IMG/VR virus record: IMGVR_UViG_3300025035_000013 | Span: 24,627 to 88,626 of that record | DNA: 64,000 nucleotides | Reading direction: 5' to 3' (one strand) | DNA from: a virus | Shown: positions 16,531 through 23,469 of the stretch, piece by piece | How the letters are laid out: the number at the start of each line of letters is the position of its first letter | Position numbering within the stretch: the stretch's first letter is position 1 | The notes under the pieces: generated by a model | The model's database searches: none | Seen by the model: only the letters and a program-made list of their open reading frames with translations | Told to the model about the DNA's origin: nothing | Made by a program: the position numbers and the translations under genes

Positions 16531-16556
16531 ATAGTATTTGCCCACAACTATCATAA

Positions 16557-17008
16557 TTATGCATAACCGTAAACTTCTGTAAAGTTTACTTTTGCTAAAC
16601 GCTTCATCAAAGATGCCAAATTTTGGTGCAGAACACTATAATCGGGACTAACTGCTTCTCTGCGTTTGTAATCGACTAATTCGGCCGATGTTAAGGAATA
16701 AAGGTCACGAAGGCCCTCATCCAGAATGTTGTTTGCTGCATTTACATCTCTATCATGCTCAGCACTACAAGATGGACAAATCCATTCCCTAATGTCGAGC
16801 GGCAAAGACTCTACCTTATGACCACAGCAGTTGCAAGTTTTAGAAGATGGGAAAAAAGTATCAATTTTGGTAAATGTTTTACCGTACCAATTGGACTTAT
16901 ACTCAAGCTGACGCACCAATTCCGACCATGAAGCATCGTGAATTGATTTTGCCAAGTTATGATTTTTAACCATGTTCTTTACTTTTAAAATACTTTAAAT
17001 GATTTCAT
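16557..17008 (-). pseudogene. tnpB: internally deleted TnpB (IS200/IS605/IS607-type) relic
   Basis: RBS plus MKSFKV start (17008) joined out of frame to LKVKNM..; C-terminus has L-YK--W, PSSK-C--CG, W-C--C---HDRD-NAA-NI. Confidence 0.85.
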
Positions 17009-17031
17009 TTTACCTCCGTACACATTAGGAT

Positions 17032-17102
17032 TGGAGGCCGAGGGAATCGAACCCTACCAGCACAATCATCGCAAATGATTGCCGTAACCCATTACTGCCC
17101 CC
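17032..17102 (-). tRNA. tRNA-Ala(TGC), short D-arm, no encoded CCA
   Basis: G3:U70, loop TTTGCGA, TTCGATT; D region GTAATGGGTTAC. Confidence 0.65.
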
Positions 17103-17118
17103 ATAAACTATATTTAAT

Positions 17119-17191
17119 TGGTTGCGACCGCAGGAATTGCACCTACTCCCATTCGTGGTTATGAGCCAGAAGTCTACTGATAGAAGTCGCA
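17119..17191 (-). tRNA. tRNA-Met(CAT), initiator-like, degenerate
   Basis: Acceptor TGCGACT/GGTCGCA, loop CTCATAA, CCA; weak D and anticodon stems. Confidence 0.55.
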
Positions 17192-17221
17192 GTTGTTACT
17201 ATACAAGACGGTATTAGCCAC

Positions 17222-17782
17222 CTATGAATGTGTGGATACGGGACCTTGCAAATTCTTTTTTAATGTTCGTGTTTTATTTACGTGTGTTGCTGAACAAACA
17301 TGACCACAAAATTTGTTATTTCTTTTTGAGTATTCTAACTCTTTACCACAATGTAAACATTTATTTGGATTATTTTTATAATTTTCTTGTTTTATATAAT
17401 GCCGCATATTTCCTAATATTGAGCAGCCATTTTTATTTGCATTTTCCATTGCTGTCTTGTTCTTTTCTATTCGAAGCTCAACATTCGAATTTATATGGTC
17501 CCACCCGCCTAATCCACCAAGTTTCAAATTATAAGTGTTTTCTTCAGATAAGAATTCTTCATTTACTATTTCCTCCTCTTTTGTATACATATCTTCGGAT
17601 GTATCAAATATATAAAGAATCTCTTTTTCAAAATTCTCCAACCCATATTTTTCAATGGCATATCTAAGATACTTACCAGAACCCATATATGAGTCATTCA
17701 AATTTCTGGTCTTATGGCTTCCAATATAGAATTTGCCATCAATTTGATTTGTTATCTTGTAGATTGTATAATATGTTTTCAT
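17222..17782 (-). CDS. GIY-YIG (Seg-like) homing endonuclease; true start at 17782
   Basis: [18 protein letters not shown]...Y-GSG--L--AI-KYG--NF-KEIL; C-terminal CxxC zinc module. Confidence 0.9.
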   Translation of the reverse strand: MKTYYTIYKITNQIDGKFYIGSHKTRNLNDSYMGSGKYLRYAIEKYGLENFEKEILYIFDTSEDMYTKEEEIVNEEFLSEENTYNLKLGGLGGWDHINSNVELRIEKNKTAMENANKNGCSILGNMRHYIKQENYKNNPNKCLHCGKELEYSKRNNKFCGHVCSATHVNKTRTLKKNLQGPVSTHS

Positions 17783-17823
17783 ATTACTATATACAAGTTC
17801 GAGTCTTGACTGTGACTCAAGGG

Positions 17824-17894
17824 AGCGGGAAAGGGGAATCGAACCCCTGTCTTCAGCTTGGAAGGCTGTAATAATGCCATTATACGACTCCCGC
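17824..17894 (-). tRNA. tRNA-Gly(TCC)
   Basis: GCGGGAG acceptor, loop CTTCCAA, TTCGATT; 3' end reads CCC instead of CCA. Confidence 0.9.
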
Positions 17895-17931
17895 ATTGTG
17901 TAAAGATGACACAAAATCATCTTCACTTGTG

Positions 17932-18003
17932 TCAGTGTGGTAGGAATCGAACCTACTGCTCCCCAGTTCCAAGCCGGGATGTCTGCCAATGACTTACACA
18001 CTG
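17932..18003 (-). tRNA. tRNA-Pro(TGG), copy 1
   Basis: CAGTGTG/CACACTG acceptor, loop CTTGGAA; no encoded CCA. Confidence 0.85.
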
Positions 18004-18008
18004 TATTT

Positions 18009-18083
18009 TGGTCTCTCTGGTAGGTATCGCGCCTACTCCTCGTGGTCCCAAACCACGCATGCATCTATTAACACCTCAGAGAG
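18009..18083 (-). tRNA. tRNA-Pro(TGG), copy 2
   Basis: CTCTCTG/CAGAGAG, loop TTTGGGA, T-loop CGCGATA, CCA. Confidence 0.8.
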
Positions 18084-18108
18084 TTATTTTTTGCAAAGCT
18101 AAAACTTG

Positions 18109-18186
18109 TGGGGGAGCAACGAGACTTGCATTCGCAGGACTCCCTGATTCACAGCCAGAGGCTTTACTGATTAAGCTATACTCACC
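18109..18186 (-). tRNA. tRNA-His(GTG), degenerate
   Basis: G-1, loop CTGTGAA; acceptor mismatch and imperfect T-stem. Confidence 0.65.
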
Positions 18187-18237
18187 ATTATTATTGAATT
18201 TGGCAGAAGATGACTAATGCCCAATTGTAATAATCGG

Positions 18238-18310
18238 TCGTCATGGCTGGTATTGCGCCAGCTTGAAACTGCATTATGAAAGCAGTGCATCACTTTTCTG
18301 CCACACGACG
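18238..18310 (-). tRNA. tRNA-Met(CAT), elongator-like
   Basis: CGTCGTG/CATGACG, loop TTCATAA, T-loop CGCAATA; ends CCG. Confidence 0.75.
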
Positions 18311-18316
18311 ATTATT

Positions 18317-18387
18317 TGGTGCCCCGTAACGGTATCGAACCGCTCTGTTCCAGTTTCGAAGACTAGACACTGTCCATCAGACGAGGC
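18317..18387 (-). tRNA. tRNA-Arg(TCG) with miniature D-arm
   Basis: GCCTCGT/ACGGGGC, loop CTTCGAA, TTCGATA, CCA; D region CTGATGGACAG. Confidence 0.75.
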
Positions 18388-18389
18388 AC

Positions 18390-18473
18390 AGGAAGATACA
18401 GGAATCGAACCTGTCGGGCCCTTTCTGGCCGGGAATTTAGCAAACTCCGGTTGCACCTTGCACCACATCTTCC
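18390..18473 (-). tRNA. tRNA-Ser(GCT)
   Basis: GGAAGAT/ATCTTCC, loop TTGCTAA, long variable arm; abuts the next tRNA, no CCA. Confidence 0.85.
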
Positions 18474-18479
18474 ATTGTA

Positions 18480-18554
18480 TGGCGGAGATGAACGGTTACG
18501 ATCCGTCTTGTCCCGGTAGACAGCCGAGCATAATAGCCAGTATATGACATCTCC
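18480..18554 (-). tRNA. tRNA-Asp(GTC)
   Basis: GGAGATG/CATCTCC, G73, loop CTGTCTA, T-loop ATCGTAA, CCA. Confidence 0.85.
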
Positions 18555-18562
18555 AATTATTT

Positions 18563-18648
18563 TGGTACCCGAGGTCGGATTTGAACCGACACGCCCTTAC
18601 GGACACTGCGTTCTAAGCACAGCGCGGCTGCCATTACGCCACTCGGGT
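18563..18648 (-). tRNA. tRNA-Leu(TAG)
   Basis: Loop CTTAGAA, long variable arm, TTCAAAT, CCA. Confidence 0.9.
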
Positions 18649-18672
18649 ATTTATCACATGCGTTAAGTTGTT

Positions 18673-18767
18673 TGGTACTCCCCCACGGTTACGCTCCGTG
18701 CCGTTCCAGCCTATCTGACCAGTCTCCAGACTTTATAAAAATCCGCTGCACACTAATGCTGGGGAGC
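18673..18767 (-). tRNA. tRNA-Ile(TAT), non-canonical (short D region, very long variable region)
   Basis: GCTCCCC/GGGGAGT acceptor, loop TTTATAA, T-loop AGCGTAA, CCA; 95 nt. Confidence 0.65.
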
Positions 18768-18786
18768 ATATTTATTACATTTGTTC

Positions 18787-18860
18787 TGGTGCCCCCAGAA
18801 GGAATCAAACCTCCATGAGTTGATTACAGGTCAACCGTAATATCATTATACGATAAGGGC
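18787..18860 (-). tRNA. tRNA-Thr(TGT)
   Basis: GCCCTTA/TGGGGGC, loop CCTGTAA, CCA. Confidence 0.9.
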
Positions 18861-18949
18861 ATTATTTAAAGCTATGTCCTCTTGCAGGACTCTCGTTATC
18901 ACTAACATCCCAAATTTATGCTCTGACTTAGTGTAGTCATGCATTGCAT

Positions 18950-19025
18950 TGGTAGGAGCAGCGAGGTTCGAACTCGCACCCTGTCGATTAAAAGTCGAAT
19001 GCTCTTCCAGCTGAGCTATACTCCC
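18950..19025 (-). tRNA. tRNA-Lys(TTT)
   Basis: Canonical cloverleaf, loop CTTTTAA, CCA. Confidence 0.95.
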
Positions 19026-19086
19026 AATTCATTATTTGGTTCAGCTCGGGTATATCTTAAAACATATTGCGATTAGACAACTTCTA

Positions 19087-19113
19087 TGGTCTCGGAGACA
19101 GGACTCGAACCAG
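19087..19113 (-). pseudogene. tRNA 3'-end remnant (T-arm, acceptor strand, CCA)
   Basis: CTGGTTCGAGTCCTGTCTCCGAGACCA with no 5' half. Confidence 0.6.
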
Positions 19114-19129
19114 TAGATGTCGGCAAATT

Positions 19130-19208
19130 TGGTCCGCCAGGAGAGACTCGAACTCCCATTGGTCCAATTACACGGCTACCGCTTAGAAGGCGGTTGTGAT
19201 ACTGGCGG
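19130..19208 (-). tRNA. tRNA-Arg(TCT), D-armless with 20-nt variable region
   Basis: Perfect acceptor CCGCCAG/CTGGCGG and anticodon stem ACCGC/GCGGT, loop CTTCTAA, TTCGAGT, CCA; only TATCACA between acceptor and anticodon stems. Confidence 0.75.
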
Positions 19209-19339
19209 TAAATCATATATAATATTATTTTCCTTAATGTGCAGTTTTTGTAAATTTAGAACCCGTTGTTGTAATTGTTACATTTGTTGTATCGGCGGCA
19301 TTAGTCCATAGTGACATTTATAATATGTTTCAGCCAAAT

Positions 19340-19415
19340 TGGTGGGCCCGACCAGGGTCAAACTGGTAGTCTCTCGAATTATGAGTTCGGTGTTTTATCA
19401 TTAAACTACAGGCCC
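19340..19415 (-). tRNA. tRNA-Ile2/Met(CAT)
   Basis: GGGCCTG acceptor, loop CTCATAA, CCA; resembles lysidine-type Ile2. Confidence 0.85.
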
Positions 19416-19434
19416 TATATATGCAACTCAAAGT

Positions 19435-19517
19435 TGGTACCCCGAGTCGGACTCGAACCGACATGCCTAAGCGTCAGGACTTAAATCTGATGCGTCTACC
19501 AATTCCGCCATCAGGGC
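19435..19517 (-). tRNA. tRNA-Leu(TAA)
   Basis: GGCGGAATTGGTAGACGC D-arm, loop TTTAAGT, long variable arm, CCA. Confidence 0.9.
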
Positions 19518-19626
19518 ATTATTTAAAGCTATGTCCTTTTGCGAGGACTCTCGTTGTAGTTTGAGATGCATGTTTCCGACGGATACAGAGGCTTCCTACC
19601 ACAGCATAAAGCGATGCTGTGCATTT

Positions 19627-19680
19627 TGGTGGACCGTAACGGTCCGTAACGGAATCAAACCGTTCCCTTCGCGTTACAGG
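19627..19680 (-). pseudogene. tRNA 3'-half remnant with a 10-bp tandem duplication
   Basis: ...GGTTTGATTCCGTTACGGACCGTTACGGTCCACCA; 5' half absent. Confidence 0.6.
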
Positions 19681-19689
19681 AGTATTGTA

Positions 19690-20100
19690 AAATGTGCTTA
19701 ATTAAGATTTCTTGACCAATGATGTTTACATCTGCAACCTTTTCATTGAAAATCTTAATAAAGCACACTCAATAAAGTTCAATCAAATAATGTTGGCTTT
19801 GCTCACCACGTCGATTACCAACCTTTTAATTCTGGAACACCTGTATATGCCATCTGCGTTAACAGTTTCATAAAGGGAATCGAACCCATATACTTTGTAT
19901 CAATCTCTCCGTATCCAACAACGGTCTTAACATATTAATATATTAATATGCATAATTTTTTTGATTGAACATCTATTGAATGTCCAATATTCGGATTTTT
20001 CAGTTTCCCATTCATCCCCGAATCCGCCCGTAGAGGTTTTTAAACAGGTCCTCGCAGCCACGTTCCATTCCTGTTTGCTAACACGATATTATGTGTCATT
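19690..20100 (-). ncRNA. candidate structured leader / stable RNA(s) of the tRNA operon
   Basis: No long ORF; several strong hairpins and a GGGTTCGATTCCC T-loop-like element. Confidence 0.35.
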
Positions 20101-20105
20101 GAATT

Positions 20106-20146
20106 CCACCTAACAATCATATCAAGTTTCGATTTAATTGTCAAAT
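20106..20146 (-). promoter_or_regulatory. sigma70-type promoter, 41-bp repeat copy 1
   Basis: TTGACA-17-TATGAT; identical to 20187-20227. Confidence 0.8.
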
Positions 20147-20186
20147 GGTGAAAGATTTACACCTTTCAGTGTTGCCTGTTTCACAA

Positions 20187-20227
20187 CCACCTAACAATCA
20201 TATCAAGTTTCGATTTAATTGTCAAAT
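20187..20227 (-). promoter_or_regulatory. sigma70-type promoter, 41-bp repeat copy 2
   Basis: TTGACA-17-TATGAT; a third promoter (TTGACA 20344-20339, TATAAT) lies upstream. Confidence 0.8.
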
Positions 20228-20426
20228 TTATTTATCAATCAATGATTTGGCGAAATTTCATCCAATTCATTATGAAACAAATTGATTCACCAAAACATTT
20301 AAATCGACATAATCAATTATATAGATTTTTAATTAATTGTCAAATGTCTAATAAAAACAACAATTTACCCCTTTGACAACCTCGCGAGGATGTCAAAGTA
20401 AACAATAAAAGTACTCATGCTTACGT

Positions 20427-20693
20427 TTACCCCAGTATCAAAGTTGTTACAGTTTTGATATATTGATTCGCGATTTCATGCGGAGCATCCACCGCTGTTA
20501 CAATAGAATGTGCTTTTATTCTGATGTTATTAGCATCAGGTACACTAATGAGATAAGGCACTAATCCAATGTTTTGGCCAGAAACCATTAGTATCCTAGG
20601 TCTAGTAACGGTATAATCACCTTCTGATGATATTGATTCGAGTTCTGCCAGAATCTCTTCACCGCCTAATGTCTTAATTACAACAACATTCAT
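20427..20693 (-). CDS. conserved small T4-like hypothetical protein (Sm-like beta pattern)
   Basis: KT-GGEEILA...L-PY pattern common in T4-like phages. Confidence 0.7.
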   Translation of the reverse strand: MNVVVIKTLGGEEILAELESISSEGDYTVTRPRILMVSGQNIGLVPYLISVPDANNIRIKAHSIVTAVDAPHEIANQYIKTVTTLILG

Positions 20694-20730
20694 ACATTAC
20701 TCCAATTGAGTTCTAAAAATCCATCATAGA

Positions 20731-21264
20731 TTAATTAACGTGGGTTGTCAACTTTTCAACAAATTTGTCGTATCTCGCTCGATGATATTGGTATTTATTG
20801 AAATAGATTGCTCCAGATTTTTTTAATTTCCCGTGTTTAAAATTTCGTGGACCGATGTTATAACTTTTTACGGCGCACTCAATGCTACGATTGCAATACT
20901 TTACGTAATACTCTCTAAGTAGAGAAGTTCCTTGCTTCATGTTATGCTTCGGATTGAACGTGCCATTCTGCACCTGCATAAGTCCAATAGAGGGGGGTAT
21001 TTTCCTGTTAGGATTTATCTTGCTCTTCTCTGGATTGAATGCCTTCGGATTGAATGCTGACTCTACTCTGATTATTGCCAAAATATCTGCTTGTTTTGGA
21101 AAATCTTTATAAGCCATTTTCGCTGAATATTTTATCACATACTCTGGTGGTATTACGAGCTTATCTGCTAAGGAGGTGTTTGATAATATCAATAAACACA
21201 TTACGATCTTTAGAGGCCACGTCAGTCTGTGGCCGGTGGTGGCGAGCAGATGGATGAGGCTCAC
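20731..21264 (-). CDS. SLT-domain lytic transglycosylase
   Basis: II-VES-FNPKA, GLMQV, A--SYN-GP motifs; N-terminal hydrophobic anchor. Confidence 0.85.
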   Translation of the reverse strand: MSLIHLLATTGHRLTWPLKIVMCLLILSNTSLADKLVIPPEYVIKYSAKMAYKDFPKQADILAIIRVESAFNPKAFNPEKSKINPNRKIPPSIGLMQVQNGTFNPKHNMKQGTSLLREYYVKYCNRSIECAVKSYNIGPRNFKHGKLKKSGAIYFNKYQYHRARYDKFVEKLTTHVN

Positions 21265-21725
21265 TTGGAAATCTTCTCCATACCGCCCAAGTCCTCGCCG
21301 ATGCTGACATGGTCCTGCACCTCGAAATCGAATTTCTTCGGCTCGCCGATCTTATACATCTCGACGTTATCTGCTTCCGACTTCCCTTCGGGCACGTTGG
21401 GGTGCGGCCGGTTGGGGATATTGGCGAGGAAGGCCTCCATATCTCCCAGCACTTGTGGCAGCCTGGCTTCTAGTTGCTTCAACTCATCATTCACCGCTAT
21501 CACTTTGGCCTTGATAGCGGTCGTTTCTTCACCATTGGCCTTCGCCTGACCGATTAGCTTGGATGCGACATTGCGCTTGGCTTGCAGTTCCTGCGCGCGC
21601 GCCTGGATGCTTTTGCGTTCGGCTTCCAGCTGCTCGAATTTCGCGGTATCCAAAACAAATCCGCGTGTCGCCAAACGTGCGGCCACGCCCTCCAAATCAT
21701 TTCGTAAAGTTTGTATGTCTAACAT
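21261..21725 (-). CDS. serS: stand-alone N-terminal tRNA-binding arm of seryl-tRNA synthetase (host-derived, truncated)
   Basis: MLDI--LR, coiled-coil, IPN-PH--VPEGK-E-DN-E---GEP--FDF---DH--IG; ends before catalytic motifs; GC-richer; has a GGAG RBS. Confidence 0.9.
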   Translation of the reverse strand: MLDIQTLRNDLEGVAARLATRGFVLDTAKFEQLEAERKSIQARAQELQAKRNVASKLIGQAKANGEETTAIKAKVIAVNDELKQLEARLPQVLGDMEAFLANIPNRPHPNVPEGKSEADNVEMYKIGEPKKFDFEVQDHVSIGEDLGGMEKISK

Positions 21726-21764
21726 CTGCGCTCCATATTTGATTTAACTCAAAAGCCCACATCA

Positions 21765-22457
21765 TCAAGACCATAATCCTCTATAATATTTGCCGAATAA
21801 AATGAGGCCGTTTGTTATTCTGTTTTCTACCTTTTCGATACTATCCCAATCATAAACAATTTTAACATTTTTAGAATACAATTTATTTAATACTGATTGA
21901 TGTTTTGATTCCTCTTCGGTCATTGGATATGATGTTTTATAAGCATCCATCCAATTTCCATCGTTTAAAATCATTTCAAAGGCAAAAATCATTTCATCGA
22001 GTACCCAGTCCCATCGTACATGATGGTCGCACTCAATTTTGACACTATCTTCGTCATTGTAAAAGTCAAATGCTCGTTGAGCATTTTCATATTCTGAATC
22101 ATCACTATATCGATACTGTAGTGGAACATCTTCTAAATCAACTATGACCGAGCCGTGTTTAGTCTCTTTCAGCTTTTTAAGCATAGGTAAAATAATCAAT
22201 GCCAATGTATAATCCATACTCCAAGTGTCATAATCGTGGATTTTAACTTTGATTTTACGTTTCTGCTTAGTATCAATCCATTCACATAAAGTGTTTATCG
22301 GAGTATCTGCTAAAATTTCACCAAATCTATGAACATATTTATCGTATGCTTTTGTATATTCGTGCTTATCATTGTATTTAGGAATCCAAAACATCAGCAT
22401 TTCAGCTATCTGATAAGGCCCAACATAATACTTGTACTTTCCTATGTCCACTCGCAT
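21765..22457 (-). CDS. conserved T4-like hypothetical protein
   Basis: YVGPYQIAE-L-FW, IHDYDTWSMD-TLA-II-PMLK, W-WVLDEMIFAF. Confidence 0.8.
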   Translation of the reverse strand: MRVDIGKYKYYVGPYQIAEMLMFWIPKYNDKHEYTKAYDKYVHRFGEILADTPINTLCEWIDTKQKRKIKVKIHDYDTWSMDYTLALIILPMLKKLKETKHGSVIVDLEDVPLQYRYSDDSEYENAQRAFDFYNDEDSVKIECDHHVRWDWVLDEMIFAFEMILNDGNWMDAYKTSYPMTEEESKHQSVLNKLYSKNVKIVYDWDSIEKVENRITNGLILFGKYYRGLWS

Positions 22458-22482
22458 AATAATCTCCTTTAATCTGGCATTA

Positions 22483-22695
22483 TCAAAAACAACCTAATGC
22501 TCTAAATTCATCTGGCGTCATAGGAATAGAATTGTGGGCAAGTGTGATGTGTACTACTTTTTCTCCAATAAATCTTTGATGATAATCCAATTGAGCATCT
22601 GTTCTCGTCACAATCTCAACAGCGGCATTTTCATTTGGGGCATCAATTTCGTAAATATGTTCAAATGTCGCATGAGTAGTAATAATAAAATTCAT
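22483..22695 (-). CDS. small hypothetical protein
   Basis: Intact ORF in operon. Confidence 0.6.
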   Translation of the reverse strand: MNFIITTHATFEHIYEIDAPNENAAVEIVTRTDAQLDYHQRFIGEKVVHITLAHNSIPMTPDEFRALGCF

Positions 22696-22752
22696 GTCAA
22701 TCCCTTTATCAAAAGTAATACCTGTTATTTTGTTCTAATTCTAGACTCATTT

Positions 22753-23127
22753 TTAAGCTTCATCACGAATTTTTAGTGTTACATAATCACTATTTTCAAA
22801 ATTAGGTTCAACTGTGATATTGACATCAATTATATCGAAGCCTTCCGTTGCTTTATTATCTGACGTTAACACAAGTGTTACCCCGCCGCACGAAGACCAA
22901 GAAGACCATACCCCCGCGCTTTTATACTTATGCATAGCACTCTTTACCGTGCTTTTGATAAAATCAATTAACCACAAATCATAATTAGACTCCCCTCTGC
23001 GATAGAGATTATTTTCTTTAATGTAGTCTATTGCTTTCATGAAAGACTTTTTTTCATACTCAATATTATAGTTCATTTTATCTCCAAGTTCTATGAGTTT
23101 CCGAAACATGTTCTCTACCACCGTCAT
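22753..23127 (-). CDS. hypothetical protein
   Basis: Intact ORF; start probably internal. Confidence 0.6.
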   Translation of the reverse strand: MTVVENMFRKLIELGDKMNYNIEYEKKSFMKAIDYIKENNLYRRGESNYDLWLIDFIKSTVKSAMHKYKSAGVWSSWSSCGGVTLVLTSDNKATEGFDIIDVNITVEPNFENSDYVTLKIRDEA

Positions 23128-23455
23128 CCACCGAAATAAACCACGAAATGTCGTCAGGAATTTCTACAATTTTCAATGACGCATATTTCCCGTTCGCTGC
23201 TTTGCCAAATATTTTAACTGCTTTAATCAAATCCTTGTTTGTACGAATATCATATCCGGATTTCAGAACATAAATAGAATTCCCTGTCGCCTTTATACAA
23301 CCATAATCATTGTAATTACTTGTATACTTATTAAAATGATCAGCATCCATCACAGGCATGAGTATAATTGCATCAGATTTATTATCTATCAAATACTGCA
23401 TTACTTCTGATGAAACCCCAAACCCACCAAAATCTACATTGATTACGACTTCCAT
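23078..23455 (-). CDS. conserved phage hypothetical protein
   Basis: VVIN--FGGFG-S...R----L---V---G--A-G-Y--LKIVEIPDD--W-I---DG-EHV-E-HRTW. Confidence 0.75.
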   Translation of the reverse strand: MEVVINVDFGGFGVSSEVMQYLIDNKSDAIILMPVMDADHFNKYTSNYNDYGCIKATGNSIYVLKSGYDIRTNKDLIKAVKIFGKAANGKYASLKIVEIPDDISWFISVDDGGREHVSETHRTWR

Positions 23456-23469
23456 TATTTAATCTCCTG

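Noticed and set aside
17783-18064. 94-codon N-terminal extension of the GIY-YIG ORF
   Set aside because: It reads through tRNA-Gly and tRNA-Pro genes; the nuclease motif starts at 17782
18673-18767. Ochre suppressor reading (TTA) of the TTTTATAAA loop, to explain the TAA-truncated repeat genes
   Set aside because: Stem pairing gives the 7-nt loop TTTATAA with anticodon TAT; a TTA register breaks the stem
21261-21725. Evidence that the window is a prophage or host chromosome
   Set aside because: The host-like tract is only ~500 bp and flanked by phage genes; no integrase or att site is visible
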